A DNA stretch of 64,000 nucleotides from the human T2T-CHM13v2.0 reference genome, Homo sapiens. A program made the translations under genes and the position numbers. Under the pieces are notes generated by a model. The model was given only the letters and a program-made list of their open reading frames with translations. It searched no databases and was not told the DNA's origin. Position 1 is the stretch's first letter. Each line of letters starts with the position of its first letter. This document shows positions 27,707 through 40,034 of this stretch, piece by piece. The stretch lies in assembly GCF_009914755.1 (NCBI RefSeq), contig NC_060932.1. One strand, written 5' to 3'.

Positions 27707-28287
27707 TGTAAGGTACATGGATGTGCTTTGGTCAAGGAATAGGCTGAGGCAGACATCCAGGCCTGCATAACTCAGCGAGTTTGGTGCACAAGCACACACC
27801 TCCACTTGTTATATAACCTGTTTGTGTAAGTTCATACCTGGCTTTAAGCCACTGTTGTCCGTAAAAGGTGTAACCGTCCGGCTAACGCTATACAGGGGAT
27901 CTCGGGGCTCAGCTCAGCTTAACATGGTGGGCACGCTGGCGTCCAGAGAAAGAGAGAGAGAGCCAAAGCTGTCCATCCTGCGGACAGACAGGAGGGAGCC
28001 AGGGCATAGCTCTGCTTGCTTGTGCCCAGAGAAAGAGTTAAGCTGCTGACCCTGAAGGCAGGGGAGAGCCAGCCATGCAGCTGCAGGTGTGGGGGGCAGC
28101 AGGAGCCACAGAGCCAGAGCAGACAGCTGAGATAAAGGTGGACAGTGTGAGAAAGCTGTTGATGAGAGCTGCTGCTAAATAAAATCATCTTTCACCTGCT
28201 CACGGCCCCCGGAGTGTTCTTTCTGCTCATCAACCCACTCCCCTCTGGACTTCAGCATGGGCTGGACCTGGACCCTGGGATCTGATA
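27707..28287 (+). mobile_element. LTR18B-like (ERVL, HERV18) solo LTR
   Basis: Begins 'tgtaaggtacatggatgtgctttggtcaaggaatagg'; AATAAA near 28178; ends 'ggatctgata'; about 580 bp. Confidence 0.85.
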
Positions 28288-28289
28288 CC

Positions 28290-29255
28290 ATCACACTTAG
28301 AATAAGTTGCTAAGTCCCTTAACATGGCAGGTTCTGTGACCAGAGCGTCCATCAGTGATCACTGATCCCCTTGTTCAAGCTATCCCAACCACGATGGCCG
28401 CCTCCTTGCTGCTCCCTGAACATGTTAAGCATGCACACACTCAGGTATTGGTGCTTGCTATTCTGACTATAGAGAGCAGTTTTCTCCTAGAGCTTCACAA
28501 GGCTCATTCTTATTTCACCTGGATCTCTGCTCAAAGGCTACTCCATCTGAAAGACGTTTCACGATCACCCTATCTAAAGTATCACTCTTCCCCCAATCAT
28601 ATTGTTCTGCCTTATTGATCTTCATATCATTTTGGTACCACACACACATACACGCACATGTATCAATCAAGATTCTCCAGAAAAACAAACATATACAACA
28701 TATACATATACCTATGTGTATATATACATATACAGAGAGAAAGAGAGAGAGAGACAGATAATTGATTCATTTTAAGGAATTGGCTTGCTTGCTGTGGGAG
28801 TTGGTGAGTCCAAAAATCTCAGGGCAGGCTGGCAGGTCAGAGACCCAGCAAAGCACTGATATTGCAGCACAAATCTGAAGGCAATCTGCTGACAGAATTC
28901 CTTCTCCTTTTGGCGACCCAAGTCTTTTCTCTTAAGACCTTCAACTGATTGGATGAGGCCTGCCCACATCATCAAGAATAACCTGATTTACTGAAAGTCT
29001 ACTGGTATAAATGGTACTCACATCTAAAAGAAATCCCTTCACAACAACATCTGGACTGGTATTTGACTGAAAACTGAATAACATGGCTTAGCCAAGTTTA
29101 ATTATCACAGGGTATTTTACGTATTTATTTTCCAGCCTCTCCATCACGAAGTACGTGCCATAAGAACAGGAGTTTATCTGTTTTATTTGCTATTACTTTC
29201 CCATTGCCTAAAACAGTATCTGCATAAAACCAGTACTCAGTAAATGTGTTGGCTA
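28290..29255 (+). mobile_element. L2 fragment, interrupted by MLT2
   Basis: L2 body 'gcctccttgctgctccctgaacatg' and 3' end 'cagtactcagtaaatgtgttgg'. Confidence 0.7.
28659..29109 (-). mobile_element. MLT2D-like LTR
   Basis: 'gattctccagaaaaac...ttttaaggaattggct...ccttcaactgattggatgaggcc...ttatcaca'. Confidence 0.85.
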
Positions 29256-30009
29256 CATAGTGGTAAATTGTTTAGCCTCAGAAAGTCAGCTGGTTGCTTG
29301 ACTGAATCAAGTAAGTCAGTACTTAAACTGCTCTGTCACAATGGAGCCAACTCAGACCTCACAGCTTGTGAGACATAAATTTAAATCCTACTGTCTCCAT
29401 TCCAGTGCTCCCTAAAGCCGTGGTGATGGCCACACAGATTCAGGCATTAGGGAGGAGGCCAGTGGGCAAAAATGGGTCCTCTAATGCTTAAAGTAAAACA
29501 AAGAAGCACTGAAGGTGTGGCTGCAACACCAAGGAGATAAAAATATAAATGGATGAAGGGGAAGAAGAGTTGGCTGCTTCTGAGGGAGGAAGCACCGAGG
29601 ACGGAGAATGCACAGCAAAGCCCAAATGTACTCTGTTTAAAATCCTGCCACTCATCAGGGGTGACCCTGAGCAGATCCCCTGGCAGCAGAAGGATGCTAG
29701 CTCCATGGGGGAGCAGTCATATGCTGAGGGAGCCACGTATGTTGACAAATACAACCAACAGCAAACATAAAGCAGAATAAAAAAGCTGTCACTACTCACC
29801 CCACAAACATACACACACACTCACTCGCACACACAACCAGCCAGCCACTCACAGAGTCTGAATTTCTACTGCATAACTACTCTGGGAAACCATCATTAAA
29901 CCAGGGCTTTGTGTAGGTACTGCTGAGCAGAAAACCACCTGCACGCTCTGTCCCTATCACTGTAAACATCTTGTCCTCTCTCTGCCTACTACACACTGGA
30001 CCACGGACT

Positions 30010-30155
30010 ACATACTTTATTTCTCTGAGCCTCAGTTTCCTTATCTGTGAATTGGGGGCTATGATATCTACTGTGTAGTGTTGTTCTAAAGATGAAATCA
30101 AATACGTCTGAAGCAGTGCTCAAGCTAGGGTATGGCACATAGCATGGGCTCTAAA
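30010..30155 (+). mobile_element. MIR SINE
   Basis: MIR core 'tctctgagcctcagtttccttatctgtgaattgggg'. Confidence 0.75.
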
Positions 30156-30886
30156 TGTATGCAGACTTAATCTCTCCAGGCCTCTCTTTTCCCCAGGTAC
30201 AGATGGGATGACAGGAGCATTAATAACTCATACCTCGTTCAGCTTCCTTCCTTGCTCACACCACATTTCAGCCCCATTCAGAAGCTTACTAATTATGACA
30301 GAGGGACTGCTCTTGAATGTCTCTGTCTCCACTGTGCATGGCATCTCTGCTTCCTTCTACCCCTTGCAGGTGCCTTCACCCAGTCTGCTGGATGTGGAAT
30401 CACCAGGGATGCCTCACCCCTGCACCTGCTGCCTGCACCCCAGGCAAGAGTGGTGGTGTCCTAAGGAAGGGGGCTGCTTCTGAATGCTCCTGAAGCTGCT
30501 GGCATTCAAGGCACCAGAGGAAAGCTGCATTGTATGCACTAGTGGATCTCCAGGCGAAAAAAATGCCTTTACCCTGCACTGCTCACATTTCCTACCATTT
30601 ATCAGCTGAGAGCTTCAGGCAGATTATTCCATGTCTCCTATTTTTCCTAATTAAAATAGGGGTGAGAAAAAAATCTACTTCACTCAGCTGGAATAAGGAA
30701 TAAAATGGGGAAATGTATACAAACGCACAGAGTGGTACCCATCTGGAACATACATGGTGCTCAATCTCTATCGACAGTCCTTGCCACCATTACCTTCTTT
30801 TCCAAGAATGAAAACTCAGGACATAAAGCTAAGATATTTGTATACCTTCATCTCAGAGCAATCCCTTCAGCTTCTTCCTGGTTGCT

Positions 30887-31244
30887 TGCTATGAAATGAA
30901 TATTGTCTCCCTCCCCCAAATTCATTTGTTGAAGCTCTAACCCTCCATGTGGTGGTATTTGGAGGTGGGACCTTTAGGAGGTGATTAGGTCATGAAGTTG
31001 GAACCCTCAAGAATGGGATTAGTACGCTAGTAAGATGACACATATGAAAGATGATCTATTTCTCAACCATGTGAGTCTATGGCAAGAACGTGGCCACGTA
31101 TAGACCAAGAAGAGGGCCCTGACTATGCTGGCACACTAATCTTGGACTTCCCAGCCTCCAGAACTGTGAGAAATAAATGGGTTTCTGTGAGAAAGCCATC
31201 AGCCTGTGGTATTCTGTTACAGCAGCCCAGGCAGACTTAACACA
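30887..31244 (+). mobile_element. MLT1A/A0 MaLR solo LTR
   Basis: 'tgctatg...caaattcatttgttgaag...ggacttcccagcctccagaactgtgagaaataaa...gacttaaca'. Confidence 0.85.
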
Positions 31245-31821
31245 GTGCTTCTTCATGAGTCTCAATATTGGGGCAGGCACTGATTCCTGCAATGGACACC
31301 AAGCCATCTTCTCACCCTAGGTCTCCCACAATTATCCAGAGTGTGTGTGACACACACACACACACACATTATCTTCCTTTTTCTAGTCTACAAAAAGAAC
31401 AAAGAAAAACAAGATTCTAAAATAAACAAAACAAAGCAAACATTGTGCTAATTGTTTCTTATCCATTTGCACACTAGGCATGCCCAGAATTTCTGATTCT
31501 CAGGCTCAAGAATGCCTGTTGCAAAATGAGCCTTCTTCTGACTCCCTGTGACTAAAACCATCAAGCCAGATCCAGGCTGCTTATCTGTGGTTCTCTGAGG
31601 TCATTATACATTAAAGTAAAGCTGGATCCCACTATAAACCAGGTCAGATGACTCACATATTCAGACCTTTGTTCAACTGTGAATTCTGCAGATTGTTAAC
31701 ACCCATTCTTCACATTGGATTCATGTAAACCTAGTACGTGGGTTGCTGTTACTTGTTAAAGATGAGAAAATGGTGATGACTAGAAATAATAGCACTAGTT
31801 ACAAACACAGGCCCTAAAGCC

Positions 31822-32741
31822 CATAGTCTTAACTCTCAGAAAGAAGAGAGGAGTCTAAGGAGAGAATTTAGAGAATTTTTGTACTTAGGTGGGAAAATAA
31901 CTACATCTTCATTTCATTCACCTCTAACTGAAATTTAGCATTTCTTTGAAGTTTGAATGTAAGCAAAAAACCAAAGTACTATTAACAGTAACTGTATCAT
32001 TGATGGAAATCACAGGTATTTTTATATCACATTACAATTATTACAAACACCACAAAATAATGTCATTTAAACTTATTGCCACTTCAAAATTATAATAATT
32101 ACTAAACTTGTTGCCAGTCTTGTTTGATACATTAATAAAGATGTCCACATATTACTATAACATAAATTCTTTTAAAAATATTTTGGACCAGGCACGGTAG
32201 CTCATGCCTGTAATCCCAGCACTTTGGGGGCCGAGGTGGGTGGATCACTCGAGGCTGAGATTTTGAGACCAGCCTGGCCAACATGGCAAAACCCCGTCTC
32301 TACAGAAAATATAAAAATTTGCTGGGCGTGGTGGCAAGTGCCTGTAATCTCAGATACTTGGAAGGTTGAGGCAGAAGAATAGCTTGAACCCAGGAGTCAG
32401 AGGTTGCAGTGAGCCAAGACCACCCCACTGCACTTCAGCCTGGGTGACAGAGTGAGACTTCTCTCCTGTACCTCAAAAAAAAAAAAAAAGTATATATCTT
32501 TCATACCTATACTAAAATATAATTGGTTCGTGTTGAATTTCATAATGCATATGTATTATGATACATATTATATTAAATATCATTTCACATTTATTATAAT
32601 AGGTATTATTTGATATTAGATATTATTTGATTATTAGGTAATAGATATTATTTGATAAGAATATTATTCTTAAAAAAGGATCCATAGGCTTCATTTGACT
32701 ACCAGAAAGGTCCAGAGAACAAAAGTGGTTCAGAACCTCTG
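31822..32741 (+). mobile_element. Charlie4a-like hAT element, interrupted by an Alu
   Basis: 'cctctaactgaaatttagcatttc' and the end 'ggatccataggcttca...ggttcagaacctctg'. Confidence 0.65.
32185..32489 (+). mobile_element. AluS
   Basis: Full dimer with poly(A). Confidence 0.92.
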
Positions 32742-32921
32742 AAGCAGACAATTTTTACAAGAAAGGCATTGGGGAAAAGCACAGAGAAGTTGGATGAAGT
32801 TGGGCAAGGTGTTTGTTTATATGTAGGTAGCAGCAACGAATGGCAGGTTTCTATGGGTTAGTATTAACGGTCTTCAAATTCTTGGATAAGATCCTGATAT
32901 TAAGATAATACAAAATATATC

Positions 32922-33020
32922 CCTTCCCTATCTTCCCCTGCCCTCCCCTCCCCTCCCCTCCCTTCTCCTCCCCTCCCCTCCCCTTCCCTTCCCTCCCCTT
33001 CCCTTCCCTTCGCTTCCCTT
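32922..33020 (+). repeat. (CCCCT/CCCTT)n polypyrimidine repeat
   Basis: Directly visible. Confidence 0.95.
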
Positions 33021-33271
33021 GGGTCCAAGCCTAGATGGAGTGGGCTACCCAGCACCTAGTCAGCAATCTGCAGCTGCTGTTTAGAATTTTAAATAAACCA
33101 TTTACAAAACTCATCCTTCAGCCCATTTTAGCCTCCAGGTGAAAAGTAGGCTTCCCTCCTACTGTTCCCTCCTGTATCTGTGACCCCACCCCCATGCTTT
33201 ATAATTGTCTAGTGTTTTAACATCCTCCAAAATCATTGGCATCTTAACTGAGGTCTTTAAGTACCTTAAAA

Positions 33272-33576
33272 CAGGGGTCAAAAACTCAAACTTCCTCATG
33301 GACTAAGCAGATTATGTTAATGAGTGAAGATTAAACCAGTTGACTTGGGATCCTTCTGGTATATTGCAATACATTCTGGGGTCACCCAATCCTTGCTACA
33401 TTCCCCCATTTTTTTCCAGACACTGAGTCTGTGTATTGCTGTACTGCAATAATGACCAGTGTTTCCAGAGCTTACAATCTTTCAATAAAAAACAGAATTC
33501 CAAAATGTTATATGATATATTCCAATTTTTAAATGCTATGAGTCAAATTTAGCCAGTAGCTGAGCTAATAACCTCT
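33272..33576 (-). mobile_element. MER102-like hAT-Charlie element
   Basis: 'caggggtcaaaaactcaaa...taatgagtgaag' is the reverse complement of the MER102 end. Confidence 0.6.
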
Positions 33577-34339
33577 GGCTTAATAATGCTAACATCATAA
33601 GGAAATTTCTAACACCAAGGGAAGATTATTTTGATGGTGGCCTCCCCAGGACCTTCTTGGGTACCTCAGAACAGCATTTGACAAGGTTTTTCACATGCGT
33701 GATTATATTTGCCCCTAAAGAGCTGGGGCAGACATTAGGGACACCGTTCTACACGTTAGAAACTGAGACTCAGAGAGGTTGCCTGACAAGCCCAACATCA
33801 CACAGCTAGACTGGAGCTGAGCTGTGCTATATTTCATTCTCAGATGGCCTCGCACTGCAGTGCTTTGCCCTAAACACTCCTGGGCAGTCAGTTAAGAGCC
33901 AGCCCTGGTTTAAGCTGGCTACCTCTGGCCTCCAACTCTCTCTCTGGGATACATTTAAATAGCTTTAAAACAGAGGCTTGGAAACATATAATTTTGGCAA
34001 CTAGTCCAACTGCTCTGACTACCTCTAGTATTTTATGTTCTAATCAACTGACTTCATGTTTTTTAAATCCTCATATACATACTGGTGTGCAGTGATCTGA
34101 CGGGCATCATGGAACAACTTTGACTTTTCCATTTGCTCAAGGATTTTCACAGGTTGATCACATCAGCAGTAAGCTGTGGGTCCCTCCCCCTTCTCCTCTG
34201 TCACAGAATTATTACCATGACTTGCTAGTTCTTCTGGAAATAGCCACTTGCCGAAGCGATAAATCTTAGGTTCACTATATAACCCCTGATGCATTTCACA
34301 TTTTCCCACCAAATTCCACTGTCCAAATTTGGAGTCCCA

Positions 34340-34430
34340 ACTTGACCACAAGCAGATACAATTTCACTTTGTGGGATTTTCCCAGCTTTTCCTTGCATTA
34401 GGATTGCAAAGCTTGTAACACCAGCTGTGT
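34340..34430. promoter_or_regulatory. Candidate enhancer motif cluster (RUNX, IRF, NF-kB, C/EBP, E-box)
   Basis: GACCACA 34344; TTTCACTTT 34362; GGGATTTTCC 34373-34382; ATTGCAAA 34403; CAGCTG 34422; sequence appears unique. Confidence 0.45.
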
Positions 34431-34890
34431 CTGAGCCAGCCCTCCAAAAAAGGCAATTGTGTTCCCTGATGGAATCGCTGCACACAAGAGCTGCTGCCAG
34501 CTCTGCTCCTTGAGCAGCCTTTTCAGGATTGTGGGGCTGCTTCCAGCCCCTCCTCCCCACTCACCAGTTAATGATGTTGGCCCCTCAAACAGCCCATGGT
34601 CCTTTAAAAGGCCTAGGAAAAGAAAGGGAAAAATAAAGCATACTCTTCCTCTCTCTTTCCCTGGGAATCCATTTTTATTTTTTTATTTTCTTCATCACCA
34701 AGATTCTCATCAATCTTGTATTTATTTCATCAATACACATTTATTTATAAATTACCATCCTTGTCCTTGGCACTTATGTTAGGGGTTGGGGAAAATAAGC
34801 TTAAACAAGGCAGGTGCTATTTCTACCAGGACTCATAAAACAACAGGGAACTGGAAATGGGATGATAATAATAATAATAATAATAGTAAT

Positions 34891-35170
34891 ACCAGTCCAC
34901 AATCCCTTATCCAAAATCTTTGAGGCCAGAGAAGTTTTAGAATTCAGACATTCTCAGACCTTGGAGACATGACACGGTATATATACATTGTATGTCATGA
35001 TATATATACACTGTATGTTTCACAGAATCTCATCATCAAATTTAACTTATGTAAGACAGGTAGCCTCACATCACCCCAGGTGAGATTTTGCCCCCAAAAT
35101 TCATTTTGACATCCAACTTTCTATTTTGGATTTTGGATTTTGGAACTGCAGAGATGGGATTTGGACCCTG
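34891..35170 (+). mobile_element. MER46C-like TcMar-Tigger element
   Basis: 'gtccacaatcccttatccaaaa...ggccaga...gaattcaga' and 'ttttggattttggaactgcaga..gggatttggacc'. Confidence 0.65.
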
Positions 35171-35689
35171 AATGGTTTTCACTTATTGAGTGTCTACTAT
35201 GTTCCAGGCAATTGACATGTCTTAGCCCCTTTCATCCTCCAAAAAGCCCTTCAAAATAAACTATATTTTGACTGTTACAAAACACCCTATCTGCTAAACT
35301 TTTTTTCACACAGACTACCTTTCATGAGCATCATTAACACTGCAGCAGGATATTGCTCTCTCTATTTTAAGGAAAGGAAGCTGAGGTTCATGGAGGTTAA
35401 GGAACTCTCAGAAGGTTGTGGAGAATGTGAGTGGTAGGCTGGGAGCCGCGTCTGCTGGTGCTACCGGAAGCTCTACTGTTTCCATGATGTAAAACAGCTG
35501 CCTTTCCTGGGAGCCACTTTGATTCCACTGAACGCCCTTCCTGCCCTTTCCACTTTTGGTTCCAAAGCCCTCCCTAGTTTCCATCAGAGGTTCTACAACA
35601 TGAAAATAAGTCCCACCTCACAGATTTGTTCCACGTAACATGCCCCTACTGATGGTCATTGGATTACTCTCTTCCATTGCAAAATAAAT

Positions 35690-35915
35690 TCAGAATCAGA
35701 CTTTTCTGGGGTTGAATTTTATTCCTGACTGTGACATGAGCTAGGAAAAGTCAGTTCACCTCTCTGAGAGTGTTTTCCCATACTTGAAATTGGGGGGGAG
35801 AGATAAAGTCAATAATCATTAGCATTATTACGGGGATAAAATAAGCTAATTTGTGTAAAGTGTTTAATGTGATGCCTGGAAAAGCATAAGTGCTTGACAA
35901 AGAGTAGCTATTACT
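35690..35915 (+). mobile_element. MIR SINE
   Basis: 'gtgtaaagtgtttaatgtgatgcctgg..agcataagtgct..agctattac'. Confidence 0.65.
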
Positions 35916-36239
35916 GGGGCAATTATTATGACTTTTGTTATCATCGTTATTGAAAACTTATTGCTTGAGCACAATCTGGGCTAAGTAGGAAACTAAGTGA
36001 ATGTGATGCAGTAGTCTATTACATTGTCACTACCTGGCAAGCCCAGTCTCTTCTGAAGAAAGCTGATCATATTATCCACAACACTGAACAAAACCCAGTG
36101 CCCCAAGAATAGGAACTTGACCCATAAACTGTCACCTAAGGTGGCTTCTGGCTTCTGAGTTCTCTTGGTACAAAGCACTTGCACACAAGAAATAATAGTG
36201 GTTTACTGAGTCTATATAAATATCTTTTTATTTGTTTCT

Positions 36240-36625
36240 TTTTTTTTCCAACTTTTATTTTAGACTCAGGGGGCATGTTTACAGGTTTGTTATCTGGGTA
36301 TATTGCATGCTGAGGTTTGGGGTATGAATAATCCCATCACCCAGGTACTGGGCATCATACTCAATAGTTAGTTTTTCAATCCTTGTTCCCCACCCTCTCA
36401 CCTCTAGTAGTCCCCAGTGCCTACTGTTGCCATCTCTATGTCCATGAGCACGCAATGTTTTACTCCCACTTATAAGTGAGAATATATGGTATTTTGTTTT
36501 CTGTTTCTCCATTAACTTGCTTAGGAGAATGGCCTCCAGCTGCACCCATGTGGCTGTAAAGGATATGATTTTGCTCTTTTTTATAGCTGCATAGTATTCC
36601 ATGGTGTATATGTACCATATTCTCA
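36240..36625 (-). mobile_element. L1PA/L1PB 3' end
   Basis: 'caacttttattttagactcagggg...ctcccacttataagtgagaatat...gctgcatagtattccatggtgtatatgtacca'; source of the ORF at 36279-36626. Confidence 0.9.
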
Positions 36626-36677
36626 AGAAATTCTTTTTAAAGGGAGATTGGATGTGAAAAAAAAATTTAAAAATCCA

Positions 36678-36750
36678 GAGCTCAAGCTATCTGCCTGCCT
36701 TGGCCTCCCAAAGTGCCAGGATTACAGATGTAAGCCACTGTGCCTGACCT
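36678..36750 (-). mobile_element. Alu left-arm fragment
   Basis: 'ctgccttggcctcccaaagtgccaggattaca'. Confidence 0.8.
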
Positions 36751-36999
36751 ATATCCACTATCGTGATTGCAGATGTATATTATGTCCAAACATTTAAAAT
36801 TATACACTTTAACTATGTGTAGTTTCTTGCATGTAAGTTATAGCTCAATATAGTTGTTAAAACAGTTTAAAATAGCTTTAAAAAACTGTCATAGCTTGAT
36901 TCAATGAATCTTTTTATATTAAAAAAAAAAGAAATACATAAAAGACCAGTTGGCCACAAGACAGTTGGCCACAAGAGGGTAGAGAATAGACATAAGGGG

Positions 37000-37181
37000 C
37001 AAAGAAGAAGAGGAAGAGGAAGAAGAGGAAGAGGAAGAGGAAGAAGAAGAAGAAGGAGGAGAGGAGGGAAGGGGGAAGGGGGAAGGAGGAAGGGAGAAGG
37101 GGGAAAGGGGAAGGGGGGAAGGAGGAAGGGAGAAGGGGGAAGGGGGAAGGAGGAAGAGGGAAGGAGGAAGGGAGAAGGGGA
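37000..37181 (+). repeat. Pure-purine (GAA/GGA/GGGGAA) low-complexity tract
   Basis: Directly visible. Confidence 0.95.
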
Positions 37182-37869
37182 GCATTTATAGAAGCATGGG
37201 CAATAGTTGCAGAAAGAGAAAGAACTCTGGTCAGATCATCAAAATGCCAGAGAAGAGAATTGAACTCCAAAGTCTGTGCTCTTGATCTCTACAATAAGGG
37301 CCACAGATCCTCATGCCTCTGGGGCCAGTCGAGTAATAGAAATGAGAGGTGGGTGCCTGAGGAAGCCTATGTGAAAGTGGAGCGTGCACAGCCTTTCAAA
37401 AGGGGGAAGCCACTAGTGTATTTTGATAAATGGTACTCTGTGGGAACATGAGCCAAATTTATCAGGTCTTCTGACTTTTCAAGAGAAGACAGGAATTCAG
37501 ATATCCATGGGAAAAGTCCAGTGTTTTAATGTTTAAAACTAATTTGGTCTTTTTTAATCACTGTGCAGGCAAAAATACATACACACACACACACACACAC
37601 ACATCATTTTTGGGTTAGATTTAGTCTACAGACCTTCAGTTTGAGAATACTGCCTTATACTATCAGCCATAAGACAAGGGAGATGTTTGGTGCAATGTCC
37701 AAACTGCCTTCTCTGACCACATATGCAAACAAGAAAGGAGAAGATGTGCTATCAGCCCAATGAGAAAATATCTCAGAGTTCCAGTTGAACTCTGAGAGAA
37801 GAATCCACAGAAGATGTTTCATCAAATGGCCCAAGCCATTTCATAAATCCAAAAGGAGAGCATATGTGT

Positions 37870-38880
37870 GTTTCTGGTCAAGATACAGTAATAGAGACTA
37901 GATTTACCTTCCCCTTGAAACAACTAAAAAGCCAGCATTTAAAACACATGAAACATTTTTGAGACATTGAACCTAAGTCTCACCTCTTTCATTTACTTTC
38001 TCTTACAGATCACTGTCCAGTGCAGAAAAGTGATCTGTAAGAGAAGGTAAATGAATGAGGTGAGCCCTCTGACTGCCCCAGCTGACCGCACAGACAGTTT
38101 CCAGGCCACAGCACAGGGAGAGGAATCCCCATGGAGCTGGGTGGTCCCACTGAGTTGAGATGATGGATCTGAGAATGCAGGAAACCAAAATGGCTGAAGT
38201 TTGAAGAACAGAGCACTACCACAAAGAGAGCTACCTAACAGAGGCACCAGAGATTCTACAGAGTCCTCCTTGAGTCTTTAGCTGTGCACTAATCAGCACA
38301 TGCGTGCAGAGACTTTATGAGATGAGGGTGGGGGGAAGCACCAACAAGGATTAGAGAAAACATTCCCTGCCACGACACTGGCACCAGGAATAATTCTTTT
38401 TTCCAGTAACCTAAGTGGAAAACCTCATACTTCACGGAGTATTGGGTAAAATGTTCAGAATAGTTTTGCTACGTAATGAAAAATAGATAAATTGTCACTC
38501 TATCTTGCCTTTAAAAGCTTAAAAGCAAAATTCGAAAGTATCAGACAATAACAATTGTATACCACTGTGAAACCATCACCACAATCAAGATTACGGGGAA
38601 AATCATCAATCCAAAAGGTTCCTCCCACCTTCCTCCTCTCCTTCCCATTTTTGGACTCTCCCCCTGCCCTTCCCTTTTCCCCAGGAAAACAATGATCTGG
38701 TTTATCCTCATTATGTAAAGTAGTTTGCATTTTTCAGAACTTTGTTGAAAGGGAATTAAACAGTATGTGCTCTTTTGTTATCTGCTTCTTTCACTCAGCC
38801 TGGGGGTTTTCAGATTTATCTATGCTGTTGCCCATGCCCATTGTTCACCCCCTTTTATTGTTCTCTAGTACTGCAGAGAA
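37870..38880. mobile_element. Old L1M fragments in both orientations
   Basis: L1M 5'-like sequence at 37870-38470; L1M 3' reverse-like 'aaaccatcaccacaatcaagat...gcttctttcactcagc' at 38510-38880. Confidence 0.55.
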
Positions 38881-39289
38881 TGAGAGAGTATTTCCATGGC
38901 TTAGCAGGTTTGTCCTCTGAGTGTGCGGGTCTGTAAGGAGAGCAGTGACTCTCCAAAGGGAAGGAGCATTCTACTTCCTCAAAGCTGAAAGTCAGAGATA
39001 TAACATGTGCAGAAAGCCAGGAGGGCACAGGAGGAGTACAAAGCCAGTCGTGGCTATCCAGAAACAAATGCCAAAGGCTGAAGCAGCCTTCCAAGGACCA
39101 GGAGGGAAGAATTTGGAACAAATGTTTACCACTGTGTGTAGGGGTTGACCAAGAAGCAAGAATAAGGAAATTTGTTTTTGACCTTTGGAAAATGAAATTT
39201 AGAGTTTGTTTGGAACACTCCAGGTAAATAATAGTTACTCAATCTCTGACCCAGTTGCAAGAAAATTTCACCTGCTGTCTCTGACTGTA

Positions 39290-39725
39290 TTTTATATATA
39301 TATGTAATATATTACATATGTATATATTATTATATATTATATATTTATGTATAACATAATATAAATGTATATATCATATATGTAGTATATACATATATAG
39401 TATGTATACATTTATCATATATGATACATATGTATATGTATATATACACACATATGTATATACATGTATATGTACATATACATATGTATTATATATAATA
39501 CTATACATATTATATACATAATATAGTATACATTATATGTGTATTATTATATATTATCTATAATATATGTAATGCTAAATGTAATATATCATAGATTATG
39601 TTATATATATCATGTAAATATTATATGTTATATATTATATATTGATACTATATATCAATATATGGTGTATAAATATAATATATACCATGTATTATATATA
39701 TAATGTATAGTACTATACATATAAC
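39290..39725. repeat. Degenerate (TA)n-rich low-complexity tract
   Basis: Directly visible, about 435 bp. Confidence 0.95.
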
Positions 39726-39935
39726 ATAACTGGAGAACTGGTTAAGAATGATTCTGAGTTTGCACAGAGATTGAAAGAATAGTGTTTTAGCAGTGGCTGT
39801 CATAGGCAGGAGATAAGAGAATGAACAGCACAGATGTTCCATTGTTGCCGTTCCTGCTCAAAGGTTTCTCCAGTTGGAGACATGAATTCATTATTTCCTT
39901 TCAGAAAAAGACCTCTCTTTGATACTCTTCTCCTT

Positions 39936-40034
39936 TTTTTTTGTATTTTTAGTAGAGACGGGGTTTCACCATGTTAGCCAGGATGGTCTTGATCTCCTGC
40001 CCTTGTGATCCGCCTGCCTCGGGCTCCCAAAGTG
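39936..40034 (-). mobile_element. Doubly truncated AluY/Sc left arm with a 15-bp TSD
   Basis: Runs from Alu 'cactttggga' to the middle A-linker; gatactcttctcctt at 39921-39935 and 40035-40049. Confidence 0.9.
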
